Shown piece by piece: positions 47,701-55,542 of a DNA stretch of 64,000 nucleotides (its first letter is position 1; every line of letters starts with the position of its first letter). The stretch is from Candidatus Omnitrophota bacterium. GTDB lineage: Bacteria > Omnitrophota > Omnitrophia > Omnitrophales > JACROU01. Below the pieces are notes generated by a model. It was not told the DNA's origin. It ran no database searches and saw nothing but the letters and a program-made list of their open reading frames with translations. Made by a program: the position numbers and the translations under genes. The stretch is taken from positions 16,063 to 80,062 of the forward strand of contig JAJDCD010000022.1 of NCBI GenBank assembly GCA_029261035.1, in the 5' to 3' direction.

Positions 47701-50700
47701 TAAATGAAGCATTAGGACTTTTGGAAAATAAAGGTTTTATCGTTTTTGAAGGCACCGATAAAAAAGTTGTTCGTTTGACTGCTACGGGTCGAGTGATGGG
47801 AACGCGTCCTAGAAAAGGGAAGTCGGAGCTAGCTACAGCTTATGGTGTTACTAATTCTTATCTCGTCGGTTATCAATATGTGGATGAATGGTTGTTTGGT
47901 AATGGAGCTATTCTGGATTCAATTGAAGGGGATCGATTAGATCGTGTGATGGATGTTTGGGGTTCTGGAGGAAGTCATAAGGCTTACTTGGGGGGTGTAT
48001 TGTCTTATATGGAAGAAGTGTTTAATAAACCCCTAGAAGATCAGCCTGAAGGCTATGCGGATATGGGCAGTGGTAGTGGAGAGATGGCTGAAGAAATTAC
48101 AGATTTTATTCTTAATAAAACAGCGCGCGGTAACGTTCTGGAAGAGAAGGCTTTAACTGTGGTTACCTCGGACTATGATCGAGCATCTCAAAGACGTTCT
48201 CGAGCTACGATGGAAACAGCTTTTGGAAATAGAAAGGACATTCATTTAGAAACACTTTATGGTGATATTACAAAACCGGGTGAATATGATGCTGCAATTC
48301 GAAATTCATCCGATCTCAATGGAGCAACTGCTCGTAATTTGGTGCATTCTCAATTTTTTATACCTCACGAACGTTTTCTTCAATTAAAGTATGATGAAAA
48401 AAATAATGCGTTAGATATTATTCGTGAGAGTTTAAGTGCCGTTGATCGAGTTCAGCTAAAAAAAGCCTTAGAGCTTTTAGGAGAAACAAGAGAATTGCCA
48501 ACAGGTGAGAACGAGTTATTTGAGTTTGTTATTCGTCAATTCACAACCTCTTATTCGGATCGAGGTCGCTTGATTCCAGCTGTAGTTCAGGCTGCGGATT
48601 TAATGCAGTTTATGAGAAAGTGGGCGCCTTATACCCAACATGGATTAATTGTTTTAGATTTACATACACCTAGAGTTAACAGTCTGCTATTTCAGGATAT
48701 CCCAAAGGATTTAAATCAACCCATGACCGTGGAATTAACTCCAGCGGTTGCTTATTGGGGAACCCATTGGATTCCGAGAAAGAACGCGCCATCCCAATTG
48801 ATTATGCCTTATGAAGAATATAACCTTGTGATGGTTTTAGCCGGGATGACGCCAATTAGTCCAAAGCAATACCCTCCTAAAAAGACATTGCCAACCAACG
48901 TAAGTTTGACGCTTTACCGTGAGTCTAGTGCCGCAAACTCATTGGGTAAGGAGAATGATTTTCCTTTAACTCAGAAAGAGGCTCTTCAGATGATTTCGAA
49001 GAGAACTTTTAAAACGAAAGACTTAGATCGTATTCAAGGTGTTCCAGTTTCTAAAAGTAATATTTCATACAAACACCCCTATGTAACAGAAACGCAGATG
49101 AAATTATTAGCGAAAGTTTCTGAACAGAAGTATACGGATGAAGAACTTGATGTTGTTATTCAAGGAGGTTTTTTTAAGCCATTAACTCCAAAAGAAAGAG
49201 AAGAAGCTAATAAATTAGAAGATGCTCGAGGCTTTTATCTTTTTGATGAGCGTGATGTTTTGTTTCGTAGAGTAGATGTGGAACGATTATTAAATGGAAT
49301 GATTAGAGAAAAATATGCGCGTCGTCTTATGCGCACAGATCGTATTCGGATTGTTAGGTTATTAAATATTAAAGGAAACAAAGAGCATTGGGAAGTTCAG
49401 ACTTATGGAAAGATTCAATTAATCCCTGTTGCAGTAGTCAGAGAATGGTTAGAAGAAAAAGAACGTTTAGTTCATAGAGCAGTGGCTAAAAAAGTTTTAG
49501 AAGGGTTGGGTATTCGAATTGGTTCTTTTTACAGTTTTCTTAAGAAGCCTAAGAGTCATCTGAAAGGAGTTCAATTACCTGAACATAATAAAGAAAGAGG
49601 TGATTTGCTAAGTGTTAATTTGTATGGTTCTCCTGAATATCTAGATATACGAACTCTATGGTGGATTGTTGAACATCACACTAAAAAACAAGTGGTGAGT
49701 CAGCCTGGAAGTTCGGGGAGTGGAAGAGATGTGTCCAATGCTTCAAGTTTAGGCAATCCAGATAAAAGCGAAAAGTCAGAACGAATACAAAAGGCCATAA
49801 AAAAGACAGGGTATTCGGTGAAAAAATTTACTTCAAAAATGAGAGGGGAAATGTCGGCCTCTACCTTAGCTAGTTGGGCTAGTGGATATTACGAACCGAC
49901 CCTAGAGCAGGTTCAGTGGGTGGAATTAGAATCGGAGCGTTTAATGAAAAAGGTGAGAAAGCAAATTGTTAAACGTGTTCTTTATTTAAAAAATCTTTTA
50001 GATTTATCTCCCAATAAATTTCTTCAATTATTAAAAACAGAATTAAATTGGAAACGTTTTCCAACAGTACTTCAAATAACAGAAGGTGACTTTGACTTAA
50101 CCCCTTCTCAGCTAGAAGAAATTGAGTTGGTAGCAAAAAAAACTATTGCCGAGGAGTTTCGTTATTTGAGAAGAGAGATCTTGAACGAGGGGCAAATTAC
50201 TTTTTCAGATTATCTGGAAACTCATCAAGTGACATTGTCTCGTTACGAGAGAGGTGTTTTGCCGATTACAGTGGATTTAGCTAAAGCTTTAAGAAAAGCG
50301 CGAAGGATTGTTTATGAAAAAGCTCCTGAGAAACTAAAACGAACTCGACTTCAGTTAGATGTATCTCAAGTAAAAATGGGGGAATTGTTAGGTTTTAAGG
50401 TCCAACATGTAAGAAAAAAGACAGAAAACTTAGAGTCAGGTCATACGTTGATGCCTCCTGGGTTATTGCAAAAGGCTCAAAAGCTTTTGGGTACTTTAAA
50501 GAAACAGACAGGTCTTAAACTTCGTTTTTATAGAGAGCGAGCAGGATTGACCCAAGAAGAGCTGGTTGAAGCGATTGACGTTGAAGGCGTTGATAAAGCG
50601 CGAAACATTAGTTTGTTTGAAAAGGGAACGTTGGTGACGCCTTATGAAGTGATGGTGCGAACTAAAGAAATAGCTCGAGAAACAGTTACAGATGAAAATC

Positions 50701-51683
50701 TAAAAAGAGGATTGGAATTAAAATTTTATCGACTTCAAACAGGAATGACTCAACCTGAGTTTGTTGAAGCGCTTAATTTGGATAGTATCAATGAAGGCCG
50801 TCAAGAACTTGGAAGAATGGAAAGAGGGCTGTATCACGTACCTCAAGAAGTTCTCGATGCTGCTCGATTTATAGCTCAGAGACGCTCTGATTTTTCATTG
50901 TTCGAAACTTCAGCTGCTAGTTTAGGTTTAGAGAAATCTGTTATTGAAGTTGCGCGTTTCCCTGGTCAACGATTGTTTCGTGTTTCGGAATTGAGTGGGG
51001 AGCGTATTGGAGAGTTCTTTGAACAATTGGGTTTAGCGGATTCTACTTCTGTTGATAAGGATGTTCAATTATTTAATAAGGATTTAACTATCTTACTTTC
51101 AAATTTAGGTTTTGCTGATAGGCGTCAGCAAGAGAGAAGGTCTCTGCCTTTGATTTTAAACCAAGAAGTTTTGAATATGTATCAGAAGGAATCTGAAAAA
51201 GTTGTTCATAAAATATTAGGGGCAGTAAAACGAGGGGATGAGCTTTTAATTTTAAAGACAGAAAGAAAGGCATCTCGTTTGATTGATCAGTTGAAAACTA
51301 AGGCTCATGGAAAAGTGAAAATTCAAGTTTTGCCCGAAGCGCTTTTCAACTCTCAAAGAGTTGGGGTCTTAACTGAAAAATATCAAACAAAGCCAATTCT
51401 CGTAGAGTCTCTGTCTTCTGGAAAAAGAGATCAAGTTTCTGTGGACGAAATTCGGTTGGACTTAGATGCATTTACCCAAAGAGGAATTGATCCCATTCAG
51501 GTATTAGCCTTAATTAGGAGAATGGCGGATGATCCGAATAAAAGGGCTCAGTTGTTCTTTGAGGCTGGATTTGACTTTAACCAGGACCGTCAATATTGGG
51601 TTGTGGGACAACGCTTTGTACAGATTATGACCCAAATCTACTCCGAATACCTCCAATCGCGTCAGATAGCCCAGGCGGCCTAA
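41709..51683 (+). CDS. Giant (3324 aa) modular protein: signal peptide, N-domain, cupin, two DUF89-like domains, SAM methyltransferase, tandem XRE HTHs, C-domain
   Basis: Single uninterrupted 10-kb ORF; hydrophobic N-terminus; HIQDAH..EGA..GGFH N-domain; six xxSLG linkers; recognisable cassette motifs. Confidence 0.85.
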   Translation: METQLNSDSKLIKVLAFFISFYFTLFSTFSYAKAIPVAQVGSYGDNPLSISIPSELGILRNSTPIFQKKGIIFHIQDAHGQLEAQENIEKLLHYLNSEHNVNLIFMEGALQGSVSKDLLRFYSEPKANENVVEQLLEKGLIGGAEKFLVNSDKETKGFGVENSSLYRENLELFRDVYKYRKITDIFLSQFRSRIDLLSTHYFNSDLRKFVMEWLKFSRKENLQYRFIQFLNKSSKKYLNLDLNNPRTQLRYPQLTRFFTLKKLEEELKGEDAQKDLKVEKVKFNNWLTNKDISSETQNLFKLLLDFHSLSSVSNIKFDIRKTLEIFYTQASKKGFQFQDYPQLTRVIGSLMLSQELQATQLFLEVEGVSEAILGKLTQSEIEKDLVGLIKKYLSLKKLFALELTREDWRKINLYGIHLIAPEELVSSIHGTVESKRIEELKVDFEIKEAFEKATQFYAVAEKRESVIVESVLINTKENQNAVLVTGGFHSGGLRDLVEKGRKTFIEITPKVTHLNSDHTYLNQMLLSDVSTVPSLSLGKLSLPQIDRNFGSESGRYVLSQLMPILSRTDGRSGIAFDVHGIKPTHRLEQPQLQTVSVAASLGNNYLENAFFKSARFVSRILPTTWKEDIKSVIFRRLAKNLKKAIVEFAIQYEDLHPGAQIDKPTKEMQEAFLKIARPLVEKWSSKLKNKLRYRFLLPLVLNYPEGDEEYRRNSIFIDKDTGFGIFTHVWKKDGKTLIHNHDGTMALLMPFTNEMKEEVYQLVEKPKSPEWDKQIHDLEMIEERKLGLGTVASFTRGQRSIHRVKNSSPSREGLVMEIYVWMESNPPKQVNVPIPVWGEEKAHFILREEAGKLAVPLHQTLKPHSGQLIRPEMVGVFVDHLKLQMEEYAQKGKVYPIFIFDGKQIYVFEDVEKAFEWYYELDPANRPDVYIKLTEEQEYAFLDASNVNFHQESLGSSLGLSVTEEVQEKAELFRTLKGVGDVEFIDAFIQNVYYSLLDSPPSEIVVDPENYQEGPSLFVDYREKWLKHFEGYFDIATLLQDATPEFIDYMKAILLKMFFERFPEVDNLPVRAIEELVYEFIRLITGMPEVMSFFKMRALRVGVHELPLLHLNSSATSNAREMGHYLMGFAAQANIATSDDFRAAGIDMYETEQRMKRNTTFDEDQKQDLIEEPFAKYAMRIREVQPKFSIDARNPLLNRLLERNEEDEIKSKQILYFLDNTMESIFDLGLIRWMIQMGHQVTLVAKEKEADNDMTVDDVNLLLSLEQVKDFFKDIDIQEKIKVISSGSATRGTNLRRATPVLVEAWQQAEIIISKGEGNRGTLQGVNKDVYHFVMAKQGHETPGIHQGTIAVEHVLAAKKTEASSLGVENVDDSMQEFILRYLEPKLPSPQIVAKPKQYRMTSNVFSSTHPEIKEKRIANTFLYLEMMMQGLSAETQEKNRLLLKRFMDRPELEGVNLRLFSLIVYDFIKILTERKEGLSNAKKEAYSIVLDILHISKHEFEGLESAREQGALAIDFATRGNQTTYRTFLEISQGSIPTIGYRAHMMALTNEPLAWSVDDRSELLDLLLESEKGKVKSKHVLYLLDNVIEDVFDLILVQWLLEQGHTVTLVVKELEAGNDTTFEDINYLIQQEKVLEYLKQSGNVFNINIVSSKSATHATDLRFVTEEDNLGLYHSWLAADVIIAKGEGNRGALQGIHKDFFSLVNSKAGYETPGIKKGTRAVERNLGYQSRTALRSTVFQHINGIVLAPVMNSLAKRGVFNLFRPSEGGYEEVSEMGETRAETMDEDEALDDAGLSRVLTLKQIAESRFANRAIVEGNPEDNMGNLYGALRMLALQGWLTMEGVDEETKFALTEQGWKAVGLAEKGTYIPSVEAVSNLNQLYRLIRGPPAGLGMLFRQKSENDEQLKSYKKLIQLSKKNWGIRGAKYSIEERVYQQVVKQMDGMLLGPTFVALAMPLYEERGEKIEKTGPSFFEHFDPETHTLDLTTLKGSFHPEFLNEALGLLENKGFIVFEGTDKKVVRLTATGRVMGTRPRKGKSELATAYGVTNSYLVGYQYVDEWLFGNGAILDSIEGDRLDRVMDVWGSGGSHKAYLGGVLSYMEEVFNKPLEDQPEGYADMGSGSGEMAEEITDFILNKTARGNVLEEKALTVVTSDYDRASQRRSRATMETAFGNRKDIHLETLYGDITKPGEYDAAIRNSSDLNGATARNLVHSQFFIPHERFLQLKYDEKNNALDIIRESLSAVDRVQLKKALELLGETRELPTGENELFEFVIRQFTTSYSDRGRLIPAVVQAADLMQFMRKWAPYTQHGLIVLDLHTPRVNSLLFQDIPKDLNQPMTVELTPAVAYWGTHWIPRKNAPSQLIMPYEEYNLVMVLAGMTPISPKQYPPKKTLPTNVSLTLYRESSAANSLGKENDFPLTQKEALQMISKRTFKTKDLDRIQGVPVSKSNISYKHPYVTETQMKLLAKVSEQKYTDEELDVVIQGGFFKPLTPKEREEANKLEDARGFYLFDERDVLFRRVDVERLLNGMIREKYARRLMRTDRIRIVRLLNIKGNKEHWEVQTYGKIQLIPVAVVREWLEEKERLVHRAVAKKVLEGLGIRIGSFYSFLKKPKSHLKGVQLPEHNKERGDLLSVNLYGSPEYLDIRTLWWIVEHHTKKQVVSQPGSSGSGRDVSNASSLGNPDKSEKSERIQKAIKKTGYSVKKFTSKMRGEMSASTLASWASGYYEPTLEQVQWVELESERLMKKVRKQIVKRVLYLKNLLDLSPNKFLQLLKTELNWKRFPTVLQITEGDFDLTPSQLEEIELVAKKTIAEEFRYLRREILNEGQITFSDYLETHQVTLSRYERGVLPITVDLAKALRKARRIVYEKAPEKLKRTRLQLDVSQVKMGELLGFKVQHVRKKTENLESGHTLMPPGLLQKAQKLLGTLKKQTGLKLRFYRERAGLTQEELVEAIDVEGVDKARNISLFEKGTLVTPYEVMVRTKEIARETVTDENLKRGLELKFYRLQTGMTQPEFVEALNLDSINEGRQELGRMERGLYHVPQEVLDAARFIAQRRSDFSLFETSAASLGLEKSVIEVARFPGQRLFRVSELSGERIGEFFEQLGLADSTSVDKDVQLFNKDLTILLSNLGFADRRQQERRSLPLILNQEVLNMYQKESEKVVHKILGAVKRGDELLILKTERKASRLIDQLKTKAHGKVKIQVLPEALFNSQRVGVLTEKYQTKPILVESLSSGKRDQVSVDEIRLDLDAFTQRGIDPIQVLALIRRMADDPNKRAQLFFEAGFDFNQDRQYWVVGQRFVQIMTQIYSEYLQSRQIAQAA

Positions 51684-51711
51684 TTTTACCTAATTCAGTC
51701 CCTGTCCCAAA

Positions 51712-51739
51712 GGTGACTGTCACTAAAGTGACAGTCACC
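51712..51739. repeat. Perfect inverted repeat with self-palindromic arms after the giant gene
   Basis: GGTGACTGTCACT-aa-AGTGACAGTCACC. Confidence 0.75.
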
Positions 51740-51853
51740 GGTATCAAAGCGGCATTTTTTTAAAATAATACTGGAATTTTAGGCTAAAAGTGATATAACG
51801 ACTTCTTGCGATGTGGAGAATTACCTATGTTTTTATAGGGTCTTGGAGGACGC

Positions 51854-52048
51854 ATGTTTAAAGGTACATATATTGTGTTATTTCTGTCATTTAGTTTATT
51901 TGCGATTTCGGGTTGCGAATATATGAATGTGGGAATGAATGATTCTGAAAGTGTGAATAGTGGGAACCAGTTTAAGCTTCAATTTAAGGAACGCCCTCAA
52001 GCCGATCCTGACGATGTCCCAGAAGAATTATTAGAAAACGATTACTAG
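51854..52048 (+). CDS. Small lipoprotein
   Basis: GGAGGA RBS; hydrophobic stretch then ISGC lipobox. Confidence 0.7.
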   Translation: MFKGTYIVLFLSFSLFAISGCEYMNVGMNDSESVNSGNQFKLQFKERPQADPDDVPEELLENDY

Positions 52049-52142
52049 TTTGACCAGAGGGCAGAAGTCAGAAAAAGCTTTTTACAAATGACCCTATCCG
52101 CTATGCGCTAAACGCTCTACGCTGATAGACAAAGGATAAAAG

Positions 52143-53012
52143 ATGCAAACATTAGAAAGAAGACGGTTTCCAAGTTGGTTGAAAAGAGAATTGCCTACTC
52201 AATCTACTTTGAAAACGCATGATATTTTAGAGAAACATAAATTGAGTACCATTTGCGAATCGGCAAAATGCCCTAATCGAAGTGAATGTTATTCTAAAAA
52301 CACCGCAACTTTTTTAATTTTAGGGGAAGTTTGTACTCGGAGTTGTTCTTTTTGTTCTGTGAAGCCAGGAAAGCCAGGTGAGTTAGAATTAGATGAGCCG
52401 GAACGTGTTGCGAAGGCAGCTGTTGAGTTGGGCTTAAAGCATATCGTAGTAACATCCGTGAATCGGGATGATTTAGAATCGGGTGGCGCGGAAATTTTTG
52501 TAGAGACCATTAGAGAGTTAAGGGAGCGTATTCCGGAATGCACGATTGAAGTTTTGACTCCAGATTTTTGTGGAAATTGGGACTCTGTAAGAGCGATCAC
52601 AGATGCTGCGCCCGATGTTTATAATCATAATATGGAAACTGCGAAAGAATTGTACTCTAAGGTAAGGCCTCGAGGGATTTATACTCGGTCATTAGAATTA
52701 TTGGATTTGATCAAAAAGAGAAACCCAGACGTAATTACAAAAAGTGGATTTATGTTGGGTTGCGGGGAAACAAAACAACAAATTGATGTTTTGTTAGAAG
52801 ATTTAAGAAAAGTAGATTGTGACATTGTGACTGTGGGGCAGTATTTGCAGCCCATTGATTCTAAAATGAAAGTAGAAGAATTTGTTCACCCATCTGTTTT
52901 TGAAGATATAGAGAAACAAGCAAAACAAATGGGTTTTAAAGAAGCTTATTGTGCTCCTTTTGTACGAAGCTCGTATCATGCGGGTGAGGTTATGGAAACG
53001 GTTAGAAAATAA
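52143..53012 (+). CDS. lipA: Lipoyl synthase
   Basis: CESAKCPNRSEC, CTRSCSFC, VTSVNRDD, GQYLQP, RSSYHA. Confidence 0.96.
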   Translation: MQTLERRRFPSWLKRELPTQSTLKTHDILEKHKLSTICESAKCPNRSECYSKNTATFLILGEVCTRSCSFCSVKPGKPGELELDEPERVAKAAVELGLKHIVVTSVNRDDLESGGAEIFVETIRELRERIPECTIEVLTPDFCGNWDSVRAITDAAPDVYNHNMETAKELYSKVRPRGIYTRSLELLDLIKKRNPDVITKSGFMLGCGETKQQIDVLLEDLRKVDCDIVTVGQYLQPIDSKMKVEEFVHPSVFEDIEKQAKQMGFKEAYCAPFVRSSYHAGEVMETVRK

Positions 53013-53130
53013 ATGAGCACGCAACTTAGGCGCACAGAGTAAGGCTCAAGTTGCCCGTGCGAATTTATCCCAGAAAGCTGCGACCCAGCAGCTTATCAGG
53101 GATCCAAATTAGAAGAAGAGGGAAAAGACA

Positions 53131-53364
53131 ATGGAAGTTAAATTAAAAACAGTATCTCCTGATGTAAGTGAAGCTACAATTAGTTATTGGCATTATGAAG
53201 AAGGAGATTATGTGGAAAAAGGGCAAGAGCTTGTTGAGATTAGTTTGAGTGGATCAAATTATAATATGCTATCACCTGCGACAGGGACGCTTTCAGAGGT
53301 TCTTTATGATGTTGGAGAAGTTGTTGAAGTTGGTGAAACGATAGCAGAGATAGAAGAAAATTAG
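53131..53364 (+). CDS. Stand-alone lipoyl/biotinyl-domain protein lacking the acceptor Lys
   Basis: ATISYW..EGDYV.KG.ELVEI...SPATGTL..VG..V.VG..IA.I; SLSGS in place of ETDKA. Confidence 0.8.
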   Translation: MEVKLKTVSPDVSEATISYWHYEEGDYVEKGQELVEISLSGSNYNMLSPATGTLSEVLYDVGEVVEVGETIAEIEEN

Positions 53365-53398
53365 AGGTTGTGGTTTGATGAGGGTCGATATCTAAATA

Positions 53399-53431
53399 CT
53401 GGATCCCCGACAAAAGATTTCGGGGATGACA
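53399..53431. repeat. Half REP-like element
   Basis: ctggatccccgacaaaagatttcggggatgaca, near-identical to 7483-7515. Confidence 0.72.
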
Positions 53432-53466
53432 TATTTTTAAGCTGAAAGCGGATAAAGGAGTTTGTT

Positions 53467-54645
53467 GTGGACGAAGCAAGAAGAATGAAGCGGTTACCAC
53501 CGTACATTTTTACTATTGTAGATGCGTTAAAAAGAGAGATTAGAGAGCAGGGAGTTGATGTTATCGATTTTAGTATGGGTAACCCTGATTTACCACCACC
53601 CTCTAACGTGATTGAGCGTGTTACGGATGCTTTAAAAGAGCCTGCAATTCACAGATATTCTAAAAATGATGGTGTGATTGAAAAGAAACTTAGAAAAGTA
53701 ATTGCTGATTGGTATGAAAATAAATTTGGCGTTCGTTTAGACCCTGATACCGAAGTGCTTCCTTTGATTGGTTCAAAAGAAGGAATAGCGCATTTGTCTT
53801 TGGCTTACTTGAATAATGATGATTTAGCTCTTGTTCCGTCTCCTGCATACCCAGTACATTTTAATGGAGTGATTATGGCTGGTGGCATTCTTTATAATCT
53901 GCCACTGAAGGAAGAAGAGGGGTATTTGCCTGACTTTTTTTCACTTCCGAAACAGACAACAGATTTAACAAAGTTAACCATTATTGGTTATCCGCATAAT
54001 CCAACTACAGCAACATGTGATTTGGAATTTTTTAATAAAGTGGTGGCATGGGCAAAGGGAAAAAATATGATCGTGGCGCATGATCTTGCTTATTCCGATT
54101 TTGTTTACAACGGTGCTAAAGCTCATTCTATTTTGGAATCCAAGGGTGCTAAAGAACAATGTATTGAGTTTCATACTTTGTCTAAGTCTTATAGTATGCC
54201 TGGGTGGCGTATTGGTTTTGCTGTAGGAAATAAAAAAATTCTTGCAGGTCTTGCAAAGACGAAAAGTTATTGTGATTTTGGTATCTTTAGAGCGGTTCAA
54301 GAAGCAGCAATCGAAGCGATGTCAGGGCCGCAGGATTATGTAAAAAAGATATCAGAAATTTACAGAAAGAGAATTGACTTGTTTGTAGATGGGTTGAATG
54401 CAATTGGTTGGGAAACAAAGAAACCTAATTCTACATTTTATGTATGGACTCGTATTCCTCAAAAATTCACCTTCCATACCTCTTTAGAATTTTCCGAGTT
54501 ACTTTTGAGAGAGGTGGGTGTTGCCGTTTCTCCAGGAAGTGGGTTTGGAGAATATGGAGAAGGGTATATTCGTTTTGCTTTGGTAGAACCGGATGAGCGA
54601 ATGAAAGAAGCTTTAACTCGTATCAAAAAAGTGCTTAGCCTGTAA
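53467..54645 (+). CDS. PLP-dependent class I/II aminotransferase (DapL/AlaC-like)
   Basis: MGNPD, IGSKEG, YPHNPT, HDLAY, SKSYSMPGWRIG, PGSGFGEYGEGYIR. Confidence 0.88.
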   Translation: MDEARRMKRLPPYIFTIVDALKREIREQGVDVIDFSMGNPDLPPPSNVIERVTDALKEPAIHRYSKNDGVIEKKLRKVIADWYENKFGVRLDPDTEVLPLIGSKEGIAHLSLAYLNNDDLALVPSPAYPVHFNGVIMAGGILYNLPLKEEEGYLPDFFSLPKQTTDLTKLTIIGYPHNPTTATCDLEFFNKVVAWAKGKNMIVAHDLAYSDFVYNGAKAHSILESKGAKEQCIEFHTLSKSYSMPGWRIGFAVGNKKILAGLAKTKSYCDFGIFRAVQEAAIEAMSGPQDYVKKISEIYRKRIDLFVDGLNAIGWETKKPNSTFYVWTRIPQKFTFHTSLEFSELLLREVGVAVSPGSGFGEYGEGYIRFALVEPDERMKEALTRIKKVLSL

Positions 54646-54681
54646 CAACTCTCGCGTATTAAAGTTAGGAACATCATTTTT

Positions 54682-55542
54682 ATGTCTTCACAAAACAAAA
54701 AAAACGTAGCGCGTCCGATTGGTGTTTTTGATTCTGGATTAGGCGGTTTAACCGTTGTTAAAGAATTGAGAAGAAAACTTCCTAATGAAAAAATAATTTA
54801 CTTTGGTGATATTGCACGTCTACCTTATGGTATTAAATCTAAGAAACAAATCATAGAATGCTCAAAAGAAAATACTCAATTTTTGAAGAGCAAGAATGTT
54901 AAAGCTCTTGTTGTGGCTTGTAATTCATCCGCGAGTGTTTCTATCCCCACTTTGAAGAAGATATTCAAACTTCCAATTATCGATGTGATCCAACCTGCTG
55001 TTGAGGCGGCTGTGAGGACGACTCAAGCAGGGAGGATTGCCGTTTTAGGAACTCAAGCAACCATTGATAGTGGGGCTTATCAAAAAGCAATTAAAAAAAA
55101 AGACGAAAAGATAAAAGTATTTTCAATCGCTTGCCCTTTGTTTGTTCCTCTTGTTGAAGAAGGTTGGGCGAATAATGATATTGCAAAAAAAACGATAGAA
55201 ACCTATTTGTCCTCATTGAAGAGTAAGAAAATTGATGTGTTGATTTTAGGATGCACACATTATCCTTTGTTAAAAACAAGTATTCAGAAATTTATGGGGG
55301 ATAAAGTTGTTCTTATTGATTCGGCAGGGCCTACCGTTAAGACTTTAGCTGAAAAGGTTTTACTGAATCAAAAAAGTATTGGAAGTAATAAGGCTTTAGA
55401 AATTTGTGTTACTGATTTTCCTAGAAACTTTGTAAAAATAGGTGAGCGGTTTTTGGGGCATAAGATGGAAAAGGTGCAAGTGATTCAATTAAGTAAAGGG
55501 CTTCTTCGGGGTAAAGAATCAATGGTGTTATCGAGTGAGTAA
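54682..55542 (+). CDS. murI: Glutamate racemase
   Basis: FDSGLGGLTV, VVACNS, LGCTHYP. Confidence 0.96.
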   Translation: MSSQNKKNVARPIGVFDSGLGGLTVVKELRRKLPNEKIIYFGDIARLPYGIKSKKQIIECSKENTQFLKSKNVKALVVACNSSASVSIPTLKKIFKLPIIDVIQPAVEAAVRTTQAGRIAVLGTQATIDSGAYQKAIKKKDEKIKVFSIACPLFVPLVEEGWANNDIAKKTIETYLSSLKSKKIDVLILGCTHYPLLKTSIQKFMGDKVVLIDSAGPTVKTLAEKVLLNQKSIGSNKALEICVTDFPRNFVKIGERFLGHKMEKVQVIQLSKGLLRGKESMVLSSE

